Source: Heteronotia binoei (Eukaryota). Taken from it: a stretch of 64,000 nt of DNA. Below the pieces are notes generated by a model. The model was not told where the DNA came from and made no database searches. It saw nothing but the letters and a program-made list of their open reading frames with translations. Position 1 is the first letter of the stretch. Each line of letters opens with the position of its first letter. Shown piece after piece: positions 48,781 to 62,255 of the stretch. The DNA lies in NCBI RefSeq assembly GCF_032191835.1, contig NC_083235.1, forward strand, positions 61,814,001 to 61,878,000, written 5' to 3'. The position numbers were made by a program, and so were the translations under genes.

Positions 48781-51700
48781 CCTCCTGGTGTCTCGTTTCC
48801 TAGCAATATGCAGCTACTGCTGTACCATACAGTGGTTCCCTCCAGCCTGGAGACAGTGGCTCCTTTCCAATACACAGTGCCCGTAGGAGTCTGTGCCAGT
48901 TATTACCATAAGGCTGGGCACTAGGCAAAGAGATCAGAGCTAGCTTAACTTGTTCAGTCTGTTTTCAGGAGTTTGGCACCATTTTCTTTGTCCAAGTTAG
49001 CTAAAATTGGATTTTTTAGTTAGCTACTGATGTTCAGCAGCCTCATCTTCTGGGATTTATGTAGATTTGTAGAACCATTAACTCACGATACTGCATAAAA
49101 CCGGCATAAAACTAGTCACTTTTATTGTTCTAAAGGGGAGGGACATAAAGAGATGAAGTAGTCTGCCCAAGGTCATCTGGATAAGCTTGATAATTGATTC
49201 TCAATCCTTGGTACCCAGTTCTGATCAATACAGAAGTAAGGAACAGATCCTGATAAATGGTTTTCCTGGTTTTTAAATTGTTACCCTCTTCCACCTCTCC
49301 CTAATTGATGCTGTCAGCCTCACTGCTGTTTATTTTGAAGCCAAGGATTTTCAAAAATAGTTATAGAGGGCCACCTCCAATCCAAGAAAGTAACTGCCCA
49401 AGCCTCCGCAAATGTAAGGGAAAATGAGAACTCAGCTTGCAGCCTTCTGTTTGACAAAGGAGATGACAAATAAAAGAAGCAGAGGTTGAGTAATCCACAG
49501 CAAGCTAACAGTGACTGTGCTTTAAAGTGTACCCTCCCACAGAGGTTTGCCTAGCATCAAAATGGAAAAGATATTTTTATTTTCCCAAGCTTTATAAAAC
49601 TCCCTGTTATAGCAGATTCCTTTTTTTATCCATCAGGATTTTAAAGACAGTTTCATGCTGTCCTTCAGAACATTGAAAGATTTAATTTGATGTTTCAGCT
49701 ATATTTTTATCTTGTGGTTTCTGCTTTTTAATATTTTATGTTATTTATTATGCTTGATGTTTTATTATTTGTATCATGAGCCATTCTGTAGTGATGCCTA
49801 CTTGTTTAGCTGACTAAAAGTGGACAAATTCATGGAGAAATCCATCAATGGCTGTTAGTCATCATAACTAAATGGAATTTGCTGTTTCAGAGGCAGTAAC
49901 TCTCTGAGCACCAGCACTAGAAAAAACAATAAGAGAGGCTTTTGCCCTGTTTATAGGCCTTCCAGGGGCATCTGGTTGGTCACTGTGAAACTGGATGCCA
50001 GACAATTGGCTGATTTAGCATGATTGCTTGTGTGTTCTTGTAGCTGTTCACAGATAGCAAAGTGGGGCACAAATATTGCTAATAAATGCTTCAGAGCAAG
50101 ACAAAATGTATGGGGGGAAATAAATGGCTGCCTTATTGATTCCTTTCAGTGAGAGTCAACGTGTGTACTGGGATTACTTAATTGTGCCCTAGGAAGAGGT
50201 CAGTATTAGCAAGTAGTTTGGTCATTCTGTGATGGGAGCATCACAGAATGACCAAACTACTTGTTTCTGGTCTAAGCCCTTCTGCTCCCCCTTCTATTTA
50301 TTTCTATTTACTTATTTATTAGTTAAATTTATATCCCATCCTTCCCACAAACAAGCTCAGGGCGCATAGTTGATACACTAAATTCTTAAAACATTTACTT
50401 CTTTGAACTTCAAGCACCAGTGATCAGAGTGGTGGAATTTGGCCTTGCTTATAATGGTTACCATGTCTCCTGAGCTCTGGCACTATCTGATTAAAGTTGA
50501 GCAACAGAGAGCCTGTTTGCTAGCTTAGAACTGGAGGGGGTGGATTGGTCAGAGTGAAGAAACCAGAAAGCCAGCTTGCGTAGAACAACAATGTACTGTT
50601 ATCTGAAATTTCCAAGTTTCTAATGATGAATTGCAAGACAAAGCCTGTTCTACAATTCCCCCTCCCTTCTTCCCTAGGACATTAGGCATGTTTAGCTTAG
50701 TCCTCTGTGGGTGAAATTCCTTCCCTGTACAATATTCTGGCACATTAATGCTAGGATGAAGCTGCTAACTCCATAGACTCCTGCAGATTTCAGCCTCTGT
50801 CATTGTTCCCCCTCTGAATCCCTGGCTGCCAGTAGCATGATGAGCAAATTCTTGCCTCAGCCTCTGCAATGGATTTTTGAGCTGCCCCTGGCTGTCTGGG
50901 AATAGTGCCCATCCAAGCTACACAGCTCTCACTTCACTACTGTCTCCTGACATCCAGTACCTCTGCGCTCTTAACTAATATGCACTGTATTTTCATCAGG
51001 GCCAATTTGGACCACTTGCTTGTTAAAGGAAACGGGCGTGGACTGCCTTTTCCTCAGTTAACCAAATCTGTAGAAATCCCTGGCAGCACATTTAGGTGTC
51101 TCTTGCCTTTTACTCTCTTGGAGTCCCGCCTTTGGAAGCATTCTACACAATACAGGGCATGTTCCTGGGGGCACAAGGCTGGCATATGGGTGTGTTTTGT
51201 ATCTTCCTCCTTGTGTCCATTTCAGGACCCCATATAGATTGTCGCATCCTTACAAAGATTTAGGTGGGTAGCCTGTTGGTCTGAAGGAACAGAACAAAAT
51301 TTGAATCCAGTGGCACCTTTAAGACTAACAAAAGTTTTATTCAAGGTTTCATGTGCATGCATACTTCCTCAGATAGATTGTAACGGAAATTACCAGTCCA
51401 TATGTATAGGTAGAGGGTGAGCAGCAAATTAGCATACAGCATAATGAAGATGTTTAACTGATGCAAAACAGGAATAACAAGCTAAGTTTATAGGGTCAGC
51501 ATTTGTTTGGATTTAATTCAATAGTGAAGCAAATAAATATATCAAAATTGGAGACTGATGTGTAAATCTGCCCTTAATTATGGAATGCTGAAAGTAATTA
51601 ACTGAGACCCTGTCTTCTCTCAAGCATGGCAGTAACTAACAGTATCCTTTTAAGGTAGGGTGATTGGTTGGGCTGTGTTATGTCCCCTCGGTCACCAGAC

Positions 51701-54700
51701 CAGAGAAATACATTCTAATCTGCCATTCCAGATTGCATTACATTCTGGTATTAATTGCATTACATTACAATCAGTATTCCAATCTACTATTTCAAATAAG
51801 AAATACAATAAAATAAAGAGGGTGTATGACCCTTCTTGGTGAGAATACAGATGTAAAGACTGAATGACGTTAGCACGGTCCTCTTCATGTTATACCCTTG
51901 CCCTATTACAGGAGGAGGAATGGTTAGCTGACCAATGGCCCTAACAGTGGTTTAATTTTTTATCAGTTTGTGGGCCTTTTACCCAGATTTCCCATGCTGC
52001 TGTCTCATGAACACAAGCAGGTCCACAGAAAGGCCAGGCCATTTAGACATTTGATGGTTGTTTGGAACGACATTAGGATGAGTTTACAATCAGAACTTCA
52101 GGCATGTGGGGTAGGGAACGCAGATCTTTTGGGTCCTGCTGTGCTTTTGTTGAAGTGGAGAATAGTATTAGGGAGACAGAGCATGGGTGAAAGCGGATTG
52201 GGGAAGTGTTTGGGAATCAGGGCTTGTCTTTTCGGAAGGTTCTGTTAGGTGATCTTGTTATCTCGAAGGACAAAGGATTTCGCTGAACAAGGCAGCCTGA
52301 AGTCAAGAGGTGGGATGTGTGATAAGAAGAGGCCTAAAACCAAATAGCAAAAACTTAAAACCGTTTACAACAATCAAGGGCCAAGCGGGTTTATAGTATT
52401 TCCTGAAAATAATGGAAAATAAGTTATCATTAATCGAAAAAATAAAAAAGGATAAAGGGAGTAATAATGACTTAAAATGTGAGAGGAGGCACCACTTTAA
52501 AAAATCATGCTTGTATATAATTCTGAGCCAACCCACAAAGAAGGCGATGTCCTTCACCAGTTATTCTGTGGAAAAGAAGCCTTGCCTTCATTCAGAGTGC
52601 TCCTTAAGCCTGTTCCTGACTTCAGGGTGTGGGGTAGAAGCTACAGTAGATTCTGGAAGACTTGCTGATGTATGGGTTGTAACTTCATGGGTTTTCTGCA
52701 CCAGGTATACAAGCGCTACAAATGCCAGGATAACCCCACTCCAGCCACCCTGGGCTGTCCTACAGAGCATGAAATACTCAACAAATTCTAGCCTGACCCA
52801 TTTGCTATCTGCTCTTCCTGCCTAGGTCCATCTGCAAACCCAGCAGGAAGTGAAGCTGCGCATGACAGGGATGGCGCTACATGTGATTCGCTGTGATGGC
52901 TTTCTAGCACTCTACAATGGGCTTAGTGCCTCACTCTGCCGACAGGTGAATGCTGGGCCACTGCAAAGATTGCTTACAATAGCCGGTTCTCACCTAAATG
53001 ATCCTGTTGTAGGGCCTTCATATGCTAGCTGCTTGGTTCATCATTCATTTTAACAGTTCTGCAGCTCCTCCCAGCATCTTCCAAAGGCCTGGACAAATTA
53101 TGCACTGAAATTCTACTCAGCCTCATGACCTATATGAACTCTGTCGTTCTGCACCCTCGTAATCTGTCATGGTAGTGCCGTAGCCGCAGAACGTGGCATT
53201 TGTAGTAAAATGTAAGACCACAGGGATCCAATAACCATTGTCATTTGGGAGCATCAAGGTTCTAGGACCAGTTTTCTAGGCTGTAGCATCTCTATTCTGC
53301 AGCTTTGAGGTACACAGCCTATGTGGAGGACAAACTGGGAACAGCAACAGTCTGTTGAATTGCTTCCACCTTGCCTCTTAATATCCTGTTCGTATAGTTG
53401 CTTCCAACGGTCACAATGGCTTTTCCTTTTTTTGCACCAGCATATCTGCTGCTGCACCTCCCATAACTGCGCATGAGCATCCATGCAAGAAAAAAAGATG
53501 AAGGCTCACAACAGGATTATGCAGTTTCTGTAGCTACTATCAAGCATTCTTGAATATAATTCTTGTTTCAAAAGTTGGGCTGTGAGGAGAGGTGGGGGGG
53601 GGGAAGGAGGCTTCAATTGGGCCCGTGCCTCTTGCATTTCAGAGGCGGTGCCAGTTCACTGTTGAAGAGGAACATGCTGTGACTGTTGAGAGCATATCGT
53701 GAGCTCAATAACACAAGGACAGTGGCCACACCTGAGCAGAGGCTGGGCAGTTGCAAGGCTGGCGTTATGGCTGTGTTGTGATTGTGATGAGCAGTTGCCA
53801 TGTGCTGAGGCGGCCGGGGGGGGGGGGGTGAGACACTGCTGTCATCCTCCTGTGACTCTTTCTGCTTCCTCAGATGACGTACTCCCTCACCCGCTTTGCC
53901 ATCTATGAGACTGTGAGGGACCACTTGACCCAGGGTGCCCAAGGCCCAATGCCCTTCTACCAGAAGGTGTTGCTAGGTGCAGTAGGAGGTGAGCTGGAAT
54001 TTGGCAAGCACAGTTGATGGGCCATATGGGCAGGTTACACAGTCCTCTTTCACCTGCTGTTATCTGGTTGCAGGTTTCGCTGGTGGGTTCGTGGGGACCC
54101 CAGCTGACATGGTAAATGTCAGGTCAGTGTTTCCTTCCCCTTTTCCCACAGCTATTCTGATCTTTCCCCTATGTTGGTTCCCCTATGTTGGAGAGCCAGT
54201 TTGGTGTAGTGGTTAAGTGTGCGGACTCTTATCTGGAAGAACCGGGTTTGATTCCCCACTCCTCCACTTGCACCTGCTGGCATGGCCTTGGGTCAGCCAT
54301 AGCTCTGGCAGAGGTTGTCCTTGAAAGGGCAGCTGCTGTGAGAGCCCTCTCCAGCCCCACCCACCTCACAGGGTGTCTGTTGTGGGGGAGGAAGGTAAAG
54401 GAGATTGTGAGCCGCTCTGAGACTCTTCGGAGTGGAGGGCGGGATATAAATCCAATATCATCATCCTCATCCTCTAATCTGCCAGCTAATCTTTGCAAAA
54501 AACCACAGTACTTGGAGGGGAGGGTTATTGGTAATATCCCTAACTAAAATCCAATGAGATGGGTAAATCCCAACATCTCTTGCTCTTTCCTTCCTGTTAA
54601 GCACCTCCTGTAATATATTCTGGAGCCAATACAGGGTGGCTTTTATCTTTCCCCATTGCCCTTAATGCTGCATTGACTCTCTTCCAGGATGCAGAATGAT

Positions 54701-57700
54701 GTGAAGCTCCCTCTACATCAGAGGCGCAAGTGAGTGTCAAGCTTCCAACGAATGGGGTTCAAGTCTGGGGGAGACAGATGAAGGGAGAGACAGCCTTTAT
54801 CCTCCCAAGAGGGCTATATTGAAACTGTATGGCCTCGGGGAGGAAACATTGTTCCTGAAATACCCGGTTGTTTTTTTTAAGCTTAGTACCTATGTAAGAG
54901 TCCTGCGGAGATCAAACCCCAGAGCTGTTGGTGTGCCAGTCAGTGCCATAAGAGTGAAGGATTGTGACTGAAGCCTGTAGTGTGGGTGCCGATGTGATGA
55001 GCGAAAGCAAAGTTTGCACTAATACGGGTTCAGGCTGCTGATGGTTTCTCTTTGCTTTGCAGTTACTCACATGCTCTGGATGGGTTATATCGCGTGTTTC
55101 GTGAAGGTAAGAACTTGGTCAACGCATGATTGGGTTACATCTGAAGTTTTGAGAGGCTTCCAAGGGGTAGCCAGGATTTAAAGTTTGGTGGGGCACTTAG
55201 GCAAGTTTTTGTGTTGGGGGAGGGGGCCAGGGGATTGCCCAGATTGGTGGTCCTGGTCAGGCTCTCGGCTCTGGAACGCAGGGAGGGATGCCTTCAAGAG
55301 TGCGGCCTTCTGCCCAGGAGCCAGGGGAAGGATCCATGTCACCCTTCCCCTCCCATAGTAGACAGGCATCTCAAGCGTCCAAAATGGCATTCCCTATGCC
55401 GAAATGGGAAGAGGAGGGCACTCTGCGTGGGCCCAGAGTCTGCAGATGGTAGCACCTACCGGGGGGGGCGGTCTCCACTGGATGGAGAGGGTAAGGGACA
55501 GGGAAGTGGCGGGGGGGGGGGGCTGGCAGGGAAGTGGCACTCAGCACAAGCCCAGCGGGGACTGAGGCAGGGACTCTTGGCTACCTTGGCAGTCCTCCTC
55601 AGGAAAATGGTCCCAGATCTGCTGCTGCCTTTGGGCTCAGCCAGCAGCCTTCAGGCATCTGTATGGGCCAAGCCACGAGGTTGTGATGCCAAACTGTGCC
55701 CTGGCTGGGGGGGAAGCCTCTCCCTCCCAGCTGGCTGGCTGGCTCTCCACTGGGACTCTTGAAGGCGAGGCAGGTGCGGCTGCCCCTTTGCTGGCAGCTC
55801 TGCACTGACCCCCCCCCCCCCCCGACTGAGCTGCTCATTTGCCACCTCGGGTGGCATGCCCTGCACCTCCGCAGTCCCCGCTATCACAGTCCACCAGCTG
55901 GAGCGGCTAGGTGAGGAGAGCCCCAGGCCTGCTCGGGGGAGGACTGCAACACAGACTCACCAGCAGAGTCATTAGCTCCTGCTGCAGCCTGCAGGGCAGA
56001 GAAGGACCCCCGTTAGGCAGAGAACTGGACTCGAGGTGAAAGCAGCAGCTGCCTTGCCCGCCTGAGAAAGCAGTGGCGGCAACCATGAGAAAGTGTCAGC
56101 AGCTGTAAGTGGTGGGGCCAGATGGTTTCCAGGAGGGTATGGGTGGAGGGCTCCACCATAGCTACAGGCCTGAGTCTCCTTGACTATGGCTTGTGGAAAG
56201 TAAGGAGAATCCACGAAAAGATTTGCCTTTAGCGCATAGGTGTCGGGAGGCACTAGGTTTGGTGGCTAGTCCCGGGCTACAGACAGCAGGTGGCAACATT
56301 AGTGCCAGCAGGAATGGGCAGATCTGTCCATGGCAAGTTCCTTGAAAGTGTAGGTTGGTGTAGGTGGAGACACACAAGAATAATGAGAAAAGGCCTTCCT
56401 GAATCACCCACACTGTGATCAGTAGCTTAAGGCGTTTGCAAGCTGCTTGTACGTGTGGTCTAGGAGTGGCTACTGGACTTTGGCAGGGAGGGGGAGGAGT
56501 AAATTGTCTGGAGAAGTGAAGGAATCTATAAATCTGGCATTGTAAAATTAAAATGGTAGAAGATAGGACCACATTCTTAGATTATAGATCTTCGGAGAGA
56601 AAGAACGCACATAATATGAAAAGGGTAAAAGCGTTATTGTGCCATAGCAAAAAAGAGGAGTGAAAGGAACCTGTTACCCAGTACTAGAATGATTAATGTT
56701 AGCTTCCTCCTTCCTGATGATGCTCTGGGAAGTACTGCTGACTAAGGAGTCCATAAGACATGCAGCTCCATTTGCTGTACATGCAACATGTCTTACTACC
56801 AGGAAATGTGCATGCAAATCCAAGCTGCCCAGGACACCAGTTGCCAGTCTCACTTATGCAGACTTCTAGTCTGAGCAACCAAACCTACTGGGTAGCAAGC
56901 CACACACCCCCATGGGAATGTAATGGATGGGGAGGCCTTACTGACTGGGTAACAGTAGGGTTGGCCACCCATTAATTATATCTGACAGCGTTTCCCCCCT
57001 CCTCACAAAATTGTTGACATGTTTGGGGTCAACTGAAAGCTTAAGAAATGAGAATACTAGAGTTTCTGAAGAACATTCCTTTCTTGATACTGTTAATTGA
57101 AAGTTAGCTGTCATCTCAGCCACATTCTGTCTTTGCTGACTAACTCTAAAACTGCAGCTCTTCCACAGATATCTAAAAAGAGATCTTGACTCCGCTAGTG
57201 CTTTAATATCTGCCAACAGAGTGTGTTTTTTTCAAACACTTTATTTGATTGAGGCATCAGTCTCTCTGATCATTATGCTCTGTCAGGGTTTCTGGTCTTC
57301 TAACTGTGGCTAGATTATGAACTCTTTCAGATCTATTAAAACCAATCTGTGATTAGAATTCAGTCAGGTCATTTATTGATCTGCTTTCTCATTTTCTTCT
57401 TAAATAAGAACTTAACAGAACTTGAAAAGAGCAATGGAGAATACCTGTTCTTGAACAGTACCCTTGGGCTAGGAAAGTAGAAGCTGCAGAGATGGATTTA
57501 ATGAAAATGCAGATTTTTTTTTTACTAGTCAAGCCAAGTTATATGGGTGGGAGGAGCTTGGGGAGTTGTCATTGAATGATCTGATGGGAATCCCTGCTTT
57601 AAGAACATATATATGAAGCTGCCTTATACTGAATCAGACCCTTGGTTCATCAAAGTCAGTATTGTCTACTCAGACTGGCAGCAGTTTTCCAGGGTCTCAA

Positions 57701-60700
57701 GCTGAGGTTTTTCATGCCTACTTGCCTGGACCCTTTTAAGTTGGAGATGCCGGGGATTGAACCTGGGACCTTCTGCTTACCAGGAAGATGCTCTACCACT
57801 GAGCCACCATCCCTCCCCTTAAGGGTATAAATCCCATCCACTAATCCCTTTTGTCATTGCAGAGGGAGTGAAGAAATTGTTCTCTGGAGCAACAATGGCA
57901 TCCAGTCGAGGAGCCCTGGTTACTGTTGGACAGGTAGGAATTCAGCAGAGATTTTTAGCTGCCTGAGTATGTGCATCAATATACACATGTGTTGAACTAG
58001 GCACATCCCCATGATGTGCACCTAGATCTCATTACCTACCATCTTTTCAGCATGTAAATGCAACTTACTGATTCATAGGATACATTCACACGTATTAAAA
58101 TCCAATGAACCTGTGAAGTTTCTGGTTTCCTGAGAAATTGTAGTATTTAAGTAGGACAAAAAAGCAACTCTGATTTGTTCTCTAGCATACAAATATGAAG
58201 CCCAAATCCATATTTTAACCCAGGTTTGGAGGAGAAAACAGACCACGAGTTTTCATGTCATCTAATTATGATGCCATGTCATGATTTGTCGGGAACTCCA
58301 GTACTTTGATATATGACCTCCATGTGAGAGAAAGAGGGAAAGGGATGGTTTGTGTAACTCCAAAAGGTCGAGATACTTGTTTTCATATGAAATTGGTTTT
58401 GCTTGTTATATCAGAAGGCTCAAGTATACTTGTATATAAGCACCAATTGTTTCCGACTCTGGGGTGTCGTCGCATCTCAACGTTTTCACGGCAGACTTTT
58501 TACAGGGTGGTTTGCCATTGCCTTCCCCAGTCATCTACACTTTCCCCCTAGCAAGCTGGGTACTCATTTTACCGACCTCAGAAAGATGGAAGGCTGAGTC
58601 AACCTTGAGCCGGCTGCCTGAACCCAGCTTCCGCAGGGATCGAACTCAGGTTGTGAGCAGAGAGCTTCGACTGCAGTACTGCAGCTTTACCACTCTGCGC
58701 CACGGGGCTGTACTCGTTACTTGGGGAAGAAAAATATGACTTAATGGAAATAGTGTTCTGACACCAGGAAACATAAAGAAAGAGTTATCCCTCTGCAAGA
58801 ACCGTAGGGTAAGATGTAGAATCCAGGCATGATTTCCTGCAGTCCATCTGTTCAAAGCCACTGTTGGCATTTGGGTGCTATTTATTTATTTATATTGGGA
58901 TTTATACCCCGCCCTTCGCACCGAAGTGTCTCAGGGCGGCTTACAACATGATAATTCAAATACTACAATTTAAAACACAAGTAAAATTAAAACCATAAAT
59001 TAATAAAAGCAAGATAGATAAAAACCGGCGGTCTACAGATGCATTTTGTTCCATCCAAAAGATTTCCTTGTCAGTCAGTATTATAGGCCTGCCGGAAGAG
59101 GGCTGTCTTACAGGCCCTGCGGAACTGCCCTAGGTCCCGCAGGGCCCGCACCTCCTCCGGCAGCTGGTTCCACCAATAAGGTGCCGTTACTGAGAAGGCC
59201 CGATCCCTGGTGGATTTTAGACGGGCCTCCTTTGGCCCGGGGACTACCAACAGGTTTTGTGAACCCGAGCGTAGTACTCTCTGGGGAACGTGTGGGGAAA
59301 GACGGTCCCTAAGGTAGACAGGTCCTAGGCCATATAGGGCTATTGGTAGCTGCCTTAGGACAAGAGTGTGCAAAAGGCAGCATGTATTGCTATGGAGATA
59401 TAATCTGCAGGCAGCACTTGTGAACAGAGCAAGAGAGAACACTATAGACATATTGTATGTCAGATCATTTCAGCAGTGTGTGGCGGGGTTTGCTTTTGTC
59501 TCTCTAAAGTCAGACAGTCCCAAACAGGCTGAACATTGTACCGTATCTCTCCCATGTAGCAGAGATAAGTCGGAAAGGGGGTAGGTTAGGCATTATGGCT
59601 GAGCATCTAGTGATCACTTTGTTGGGACAGGGGTCTGCATTATGATAGCACACCTCTGTAATAGTACATGAGACCAGCTATGGGGTATAGATTGCAAGCC
59701 TATCATGAAACCCTTAGCAGGTTGACTAAGGACTCATTTACCAGGTCAGGCCTCTAACTTCCTTATCTCGCTAGAAGCCCAGTAGGATCTATCTTCTTCC
59801 TAGGCTGTCTTGAGGAGACTGAGGATTAGTTGCAGTCCTGCAGCCTGTCCTTCACAGATTTGGGGCTAGTCTCACAACTTGTTTCCTTCCCCACAGCTCG
59901 CCTGCTACGATCAAGCCAAGCAGTTGGTTCTTGGGACCGGTTTGCTCTCTGACAATATTTTCACCCACTTTCTGGCCAGCTTTATTGCTGTAAGTATATA
60001 TTATCTGCGGGTAGATGCAAAATTAGTGAAGAGTATGTGTGCGTATTGGAGACCAAATCTGAATGAAATTCCTTGCACGTGAATTATGAGTTTGTCAGGG
60101 AGAGAGATGAAGACCATGAAATCCTTCGCTCCTTTAAGGATCACAGTCTTCACTGCAGAATTGGGAAGGCTTGTGATTTTAAACTAGAATTGTCCGGTGT
60201 TTGAGTCTCAAGCAAAAAATAATTCTGTTTTTGCTTTGAACTTGGATTGCAAAAAATGAGGGGAAAGGTTGTGGCTGTCAGTTTACTGTACCTAGCTGTG
60301 GGGGCTGTAAATTTAGCAGTATCAAAACAAGTAAAGAACAAGCAATAAAAATGGCATAAAACTACATTGTGTGTTTGTGTGTGTTAAATGCTGTGAAGTT
60401 GCTTCTGACTTATGGCAACCCTGTGAATTAATGACCTCCAAAACGTCCTGTCGTTAAGTAGCCAAAAACGCTGTTCATAACAGCCTTCAGGTTAGAAATA
60501 GGCCATAAAAAGGCTGTTAAAAACTTGAGTAAAGATAACGCTTTGGCCTGGCGCTTTAAGGACAATAAATTAGTTGCCAGCAAGTCTCACGGAGGAGGGT
60601 ATTCCAAAGGTGAAGCACCACCACTGCAAAAACTGTCTCTAATTGCCACCCACTTGCTTCAGTCCGCAGGGTCATGGAGAACAAGGCTTGGGATCTTAAC

Positions 60701-62255
60701 TGGCAGGGTGGACAGTACAGGAGGAGCAAGACTTGTATTCAGCACCAGTTTACTCCTAGGCTAGCTATGTATTCATTGCTATAGAGAAGTGACATAGACG
60801 GTGAGGTGCCTGGATAAAGGTTTAATGGAGAAAGAAAGGATCGGAGTAAAGGGAAATGGCAAAGTTTGATAAAATAACAGCAAGGGTGGAGGAGAGGTGG
60901 AACCAGTCGCTTACGCAGCAGAAAAAGAGTTAAAGGGCTTTTCAGAAAAAAAAGACATTTGTGGAAGAGGTTGTAGGAAGATGGATGGATTGAGACGGGT
61001 TATGCCAAGTCTAGGGATCTGTGATTCTTTGGTACACTTTCTTCCAATGTGAATCAAAAACGAAATTCCTACGGCCTCTTCCCACACGCCGCCCTCCCTG
61101 GATGAATACAGATGACTGTTTGCTCTGTGCCAAGTTTAAGAAACAGCTTGATGATTCTCACCACTTGGTATTATCCAGATGTGGAAAATTATCACTTGGT
61201 AGATGGTCATCTGTATCCACCCTAAGCATATGCAATACATACTGACTGGAACTCTCTACAGCCAGATTCTCTTTTTCCCTCTGTAACACAGGGTGGGTGT
61301 GCCACATTCCTGTGTCAGCCATTGGATGTACTAAAGACACGGCTTATGAATTCCCAGGGGGAGTATCAGGTGAGTGACCAGATCTCTAGCTGCTTGATTC
61401 CATCACCAGACTACATCATATATGCACAAGGGCCTTGTGTTTCTTGCTCTGGTTTGACACAGTTCCCCTGAATTCTGGGCTTTACCCTTGTACTGCAAGT
61501 GCATGTTGATTTGACATTGAGTCTGGTAGAATGGGGTTTGAGCTCTGCACATGGAGCCCAGTGTACCTGATGAGATACTGACTTTGTCGTATTTTGTTCC
61601 AGGGTGTTATGCACTGTGCAGTCGAGACTGCCAGGCTTGGACCATTGGCTTTTTATAAGGTAATATGGATGGGATGGGAGCAGAAATGGACAATTATAGC
61701 AAGTAGATAGGCCTGGCGTGCAAATTGCCTGAATTCCAGCTTTGGTATAGCTTTTGGTGCCTCCTAGGTTCCTGTTGCACCAAGCCTCGTCGGCCGGGCT
61801 AGACTGCTTCCCTCCGACCACCCAAAATGGATGGAAAGGGGTACTGTGGCCACCCTCATTGCTTTCTGTCTCTGGCCCCAGTGCTGCAGCAACATGCCAT
61901 GCTACTTAACCCATAGGCAGTGGGCACATCTGAGGATAATTGCTTCAAATCCTGGTACATGGCAGATTCCTACCCATTCCCAGGCTGGACACATGGGATT
62001 AAATGTTTCAGAAGCTGACATTGTACTTAGCTTTGGGATCCTGTACACTGCTTTCCTGTCCAGCCTACTCTTCCCAGTTCAGTGCTTCTCAGAGTAGGCA
62101 TGAGCTCTGTCTCCAGATTGGCAGAAAATGACCATATTCATCTCTTCTTCTAGGGCCTTGTTCCTGCTGGCATCCGTTTGGTCCCACACACTGTGCTCAC
62201 CTTCATCTTTTTGGAGCAGCTGAGAAAATACTTTGGGATTGTAGTGTTGACCTAA
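47700..62255 (+). CDS. SLC25A10: Mitochondrial dicarboxylate carrier, 11 exons, 286 aa
   Basis: Exons 47700-47789, 52826-52945, 53874-53988, 54074-54122, 54688-54729, 55063-55106, 57863-57933, 59897-59989, 61292-61369, 61603-61659, 62154-62255 (861 nt). Starts MAEKRVSRWYFGGLASCAAACCTHPLDLIK; the three carrier motifs PLDLIK, PADMVNVR and PLDVLKTR are present. Confidence 0.97.
47799..48307. mobile_element. hAT MITE family A at position +10 of SLC25A10 intron 1
   Basis: TAGGGTTGCCAA...TTGGCAGCCCTA; TSD TGCGCCGC (47791-47798 and 48308-48315). Confidence 0.95.
50210..50263. repeat. Perfect 25-bp inverted repeat with 4-nt loop
   Basis: CAAGTAGTTTGGTCATTCTGTGATG-GGAG-CATCACAGAATGACCAAACTACTTG. Confidence 0.95.
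54191..54475 (+). mobile_element. tRNA-derived SINE with L2-type tail (Squam3-like)
   Basis: Near-identical to 41493-41771; an older relative lies near 46297-46525. Confidence 0.85.
57603..57817 (-). mobile_element. Monomer of the same tRNA-head, CR1-tail SINE
   Basis: Collinear with the 22565 units; ends about 45 nt before SLC25A10 exon 7. Confidence 0.88.
58412..58709 (-). mobile_element. Sauria SINE
   Basis: tRNA-like head on the minus strand (GCCCCGTGGCGCAGAGTGGT...GTTCGATCCC); body GGTACTCATTTTACCGACCTC...GAAGGCTGAGTCAACCTTGAGCC matches the recalled Sauria SINE consensus. Confidence 0.85.
58880..59341 (-). mobile_element. L2 3' fragment
   Basis: Encodes [26 protein letters not shown]...TALFRQAY; (AAAT)n tail. 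Confidence 0.9.
60366..60490 (-). mobile_element. Vingi-like LINE 3' terminus
   Basis: (TG)n then AAATGCTGTGAAGTTGCTTCTGACTTATGGCAACCCTGTGAAT...CCTCCAAAACGTCCT; family assignment is from recall only. Confidence 0.5.

Noticed and set aside
55211-55762. 183-aa ORF in SLC25A10 intron 6, and the surrounding GC-rich 55163-56285 as an old hAT element
   Set aside because: The ORF is explained by GC content; only a partial TIR-like start is seen and no TSD could be confirmed.
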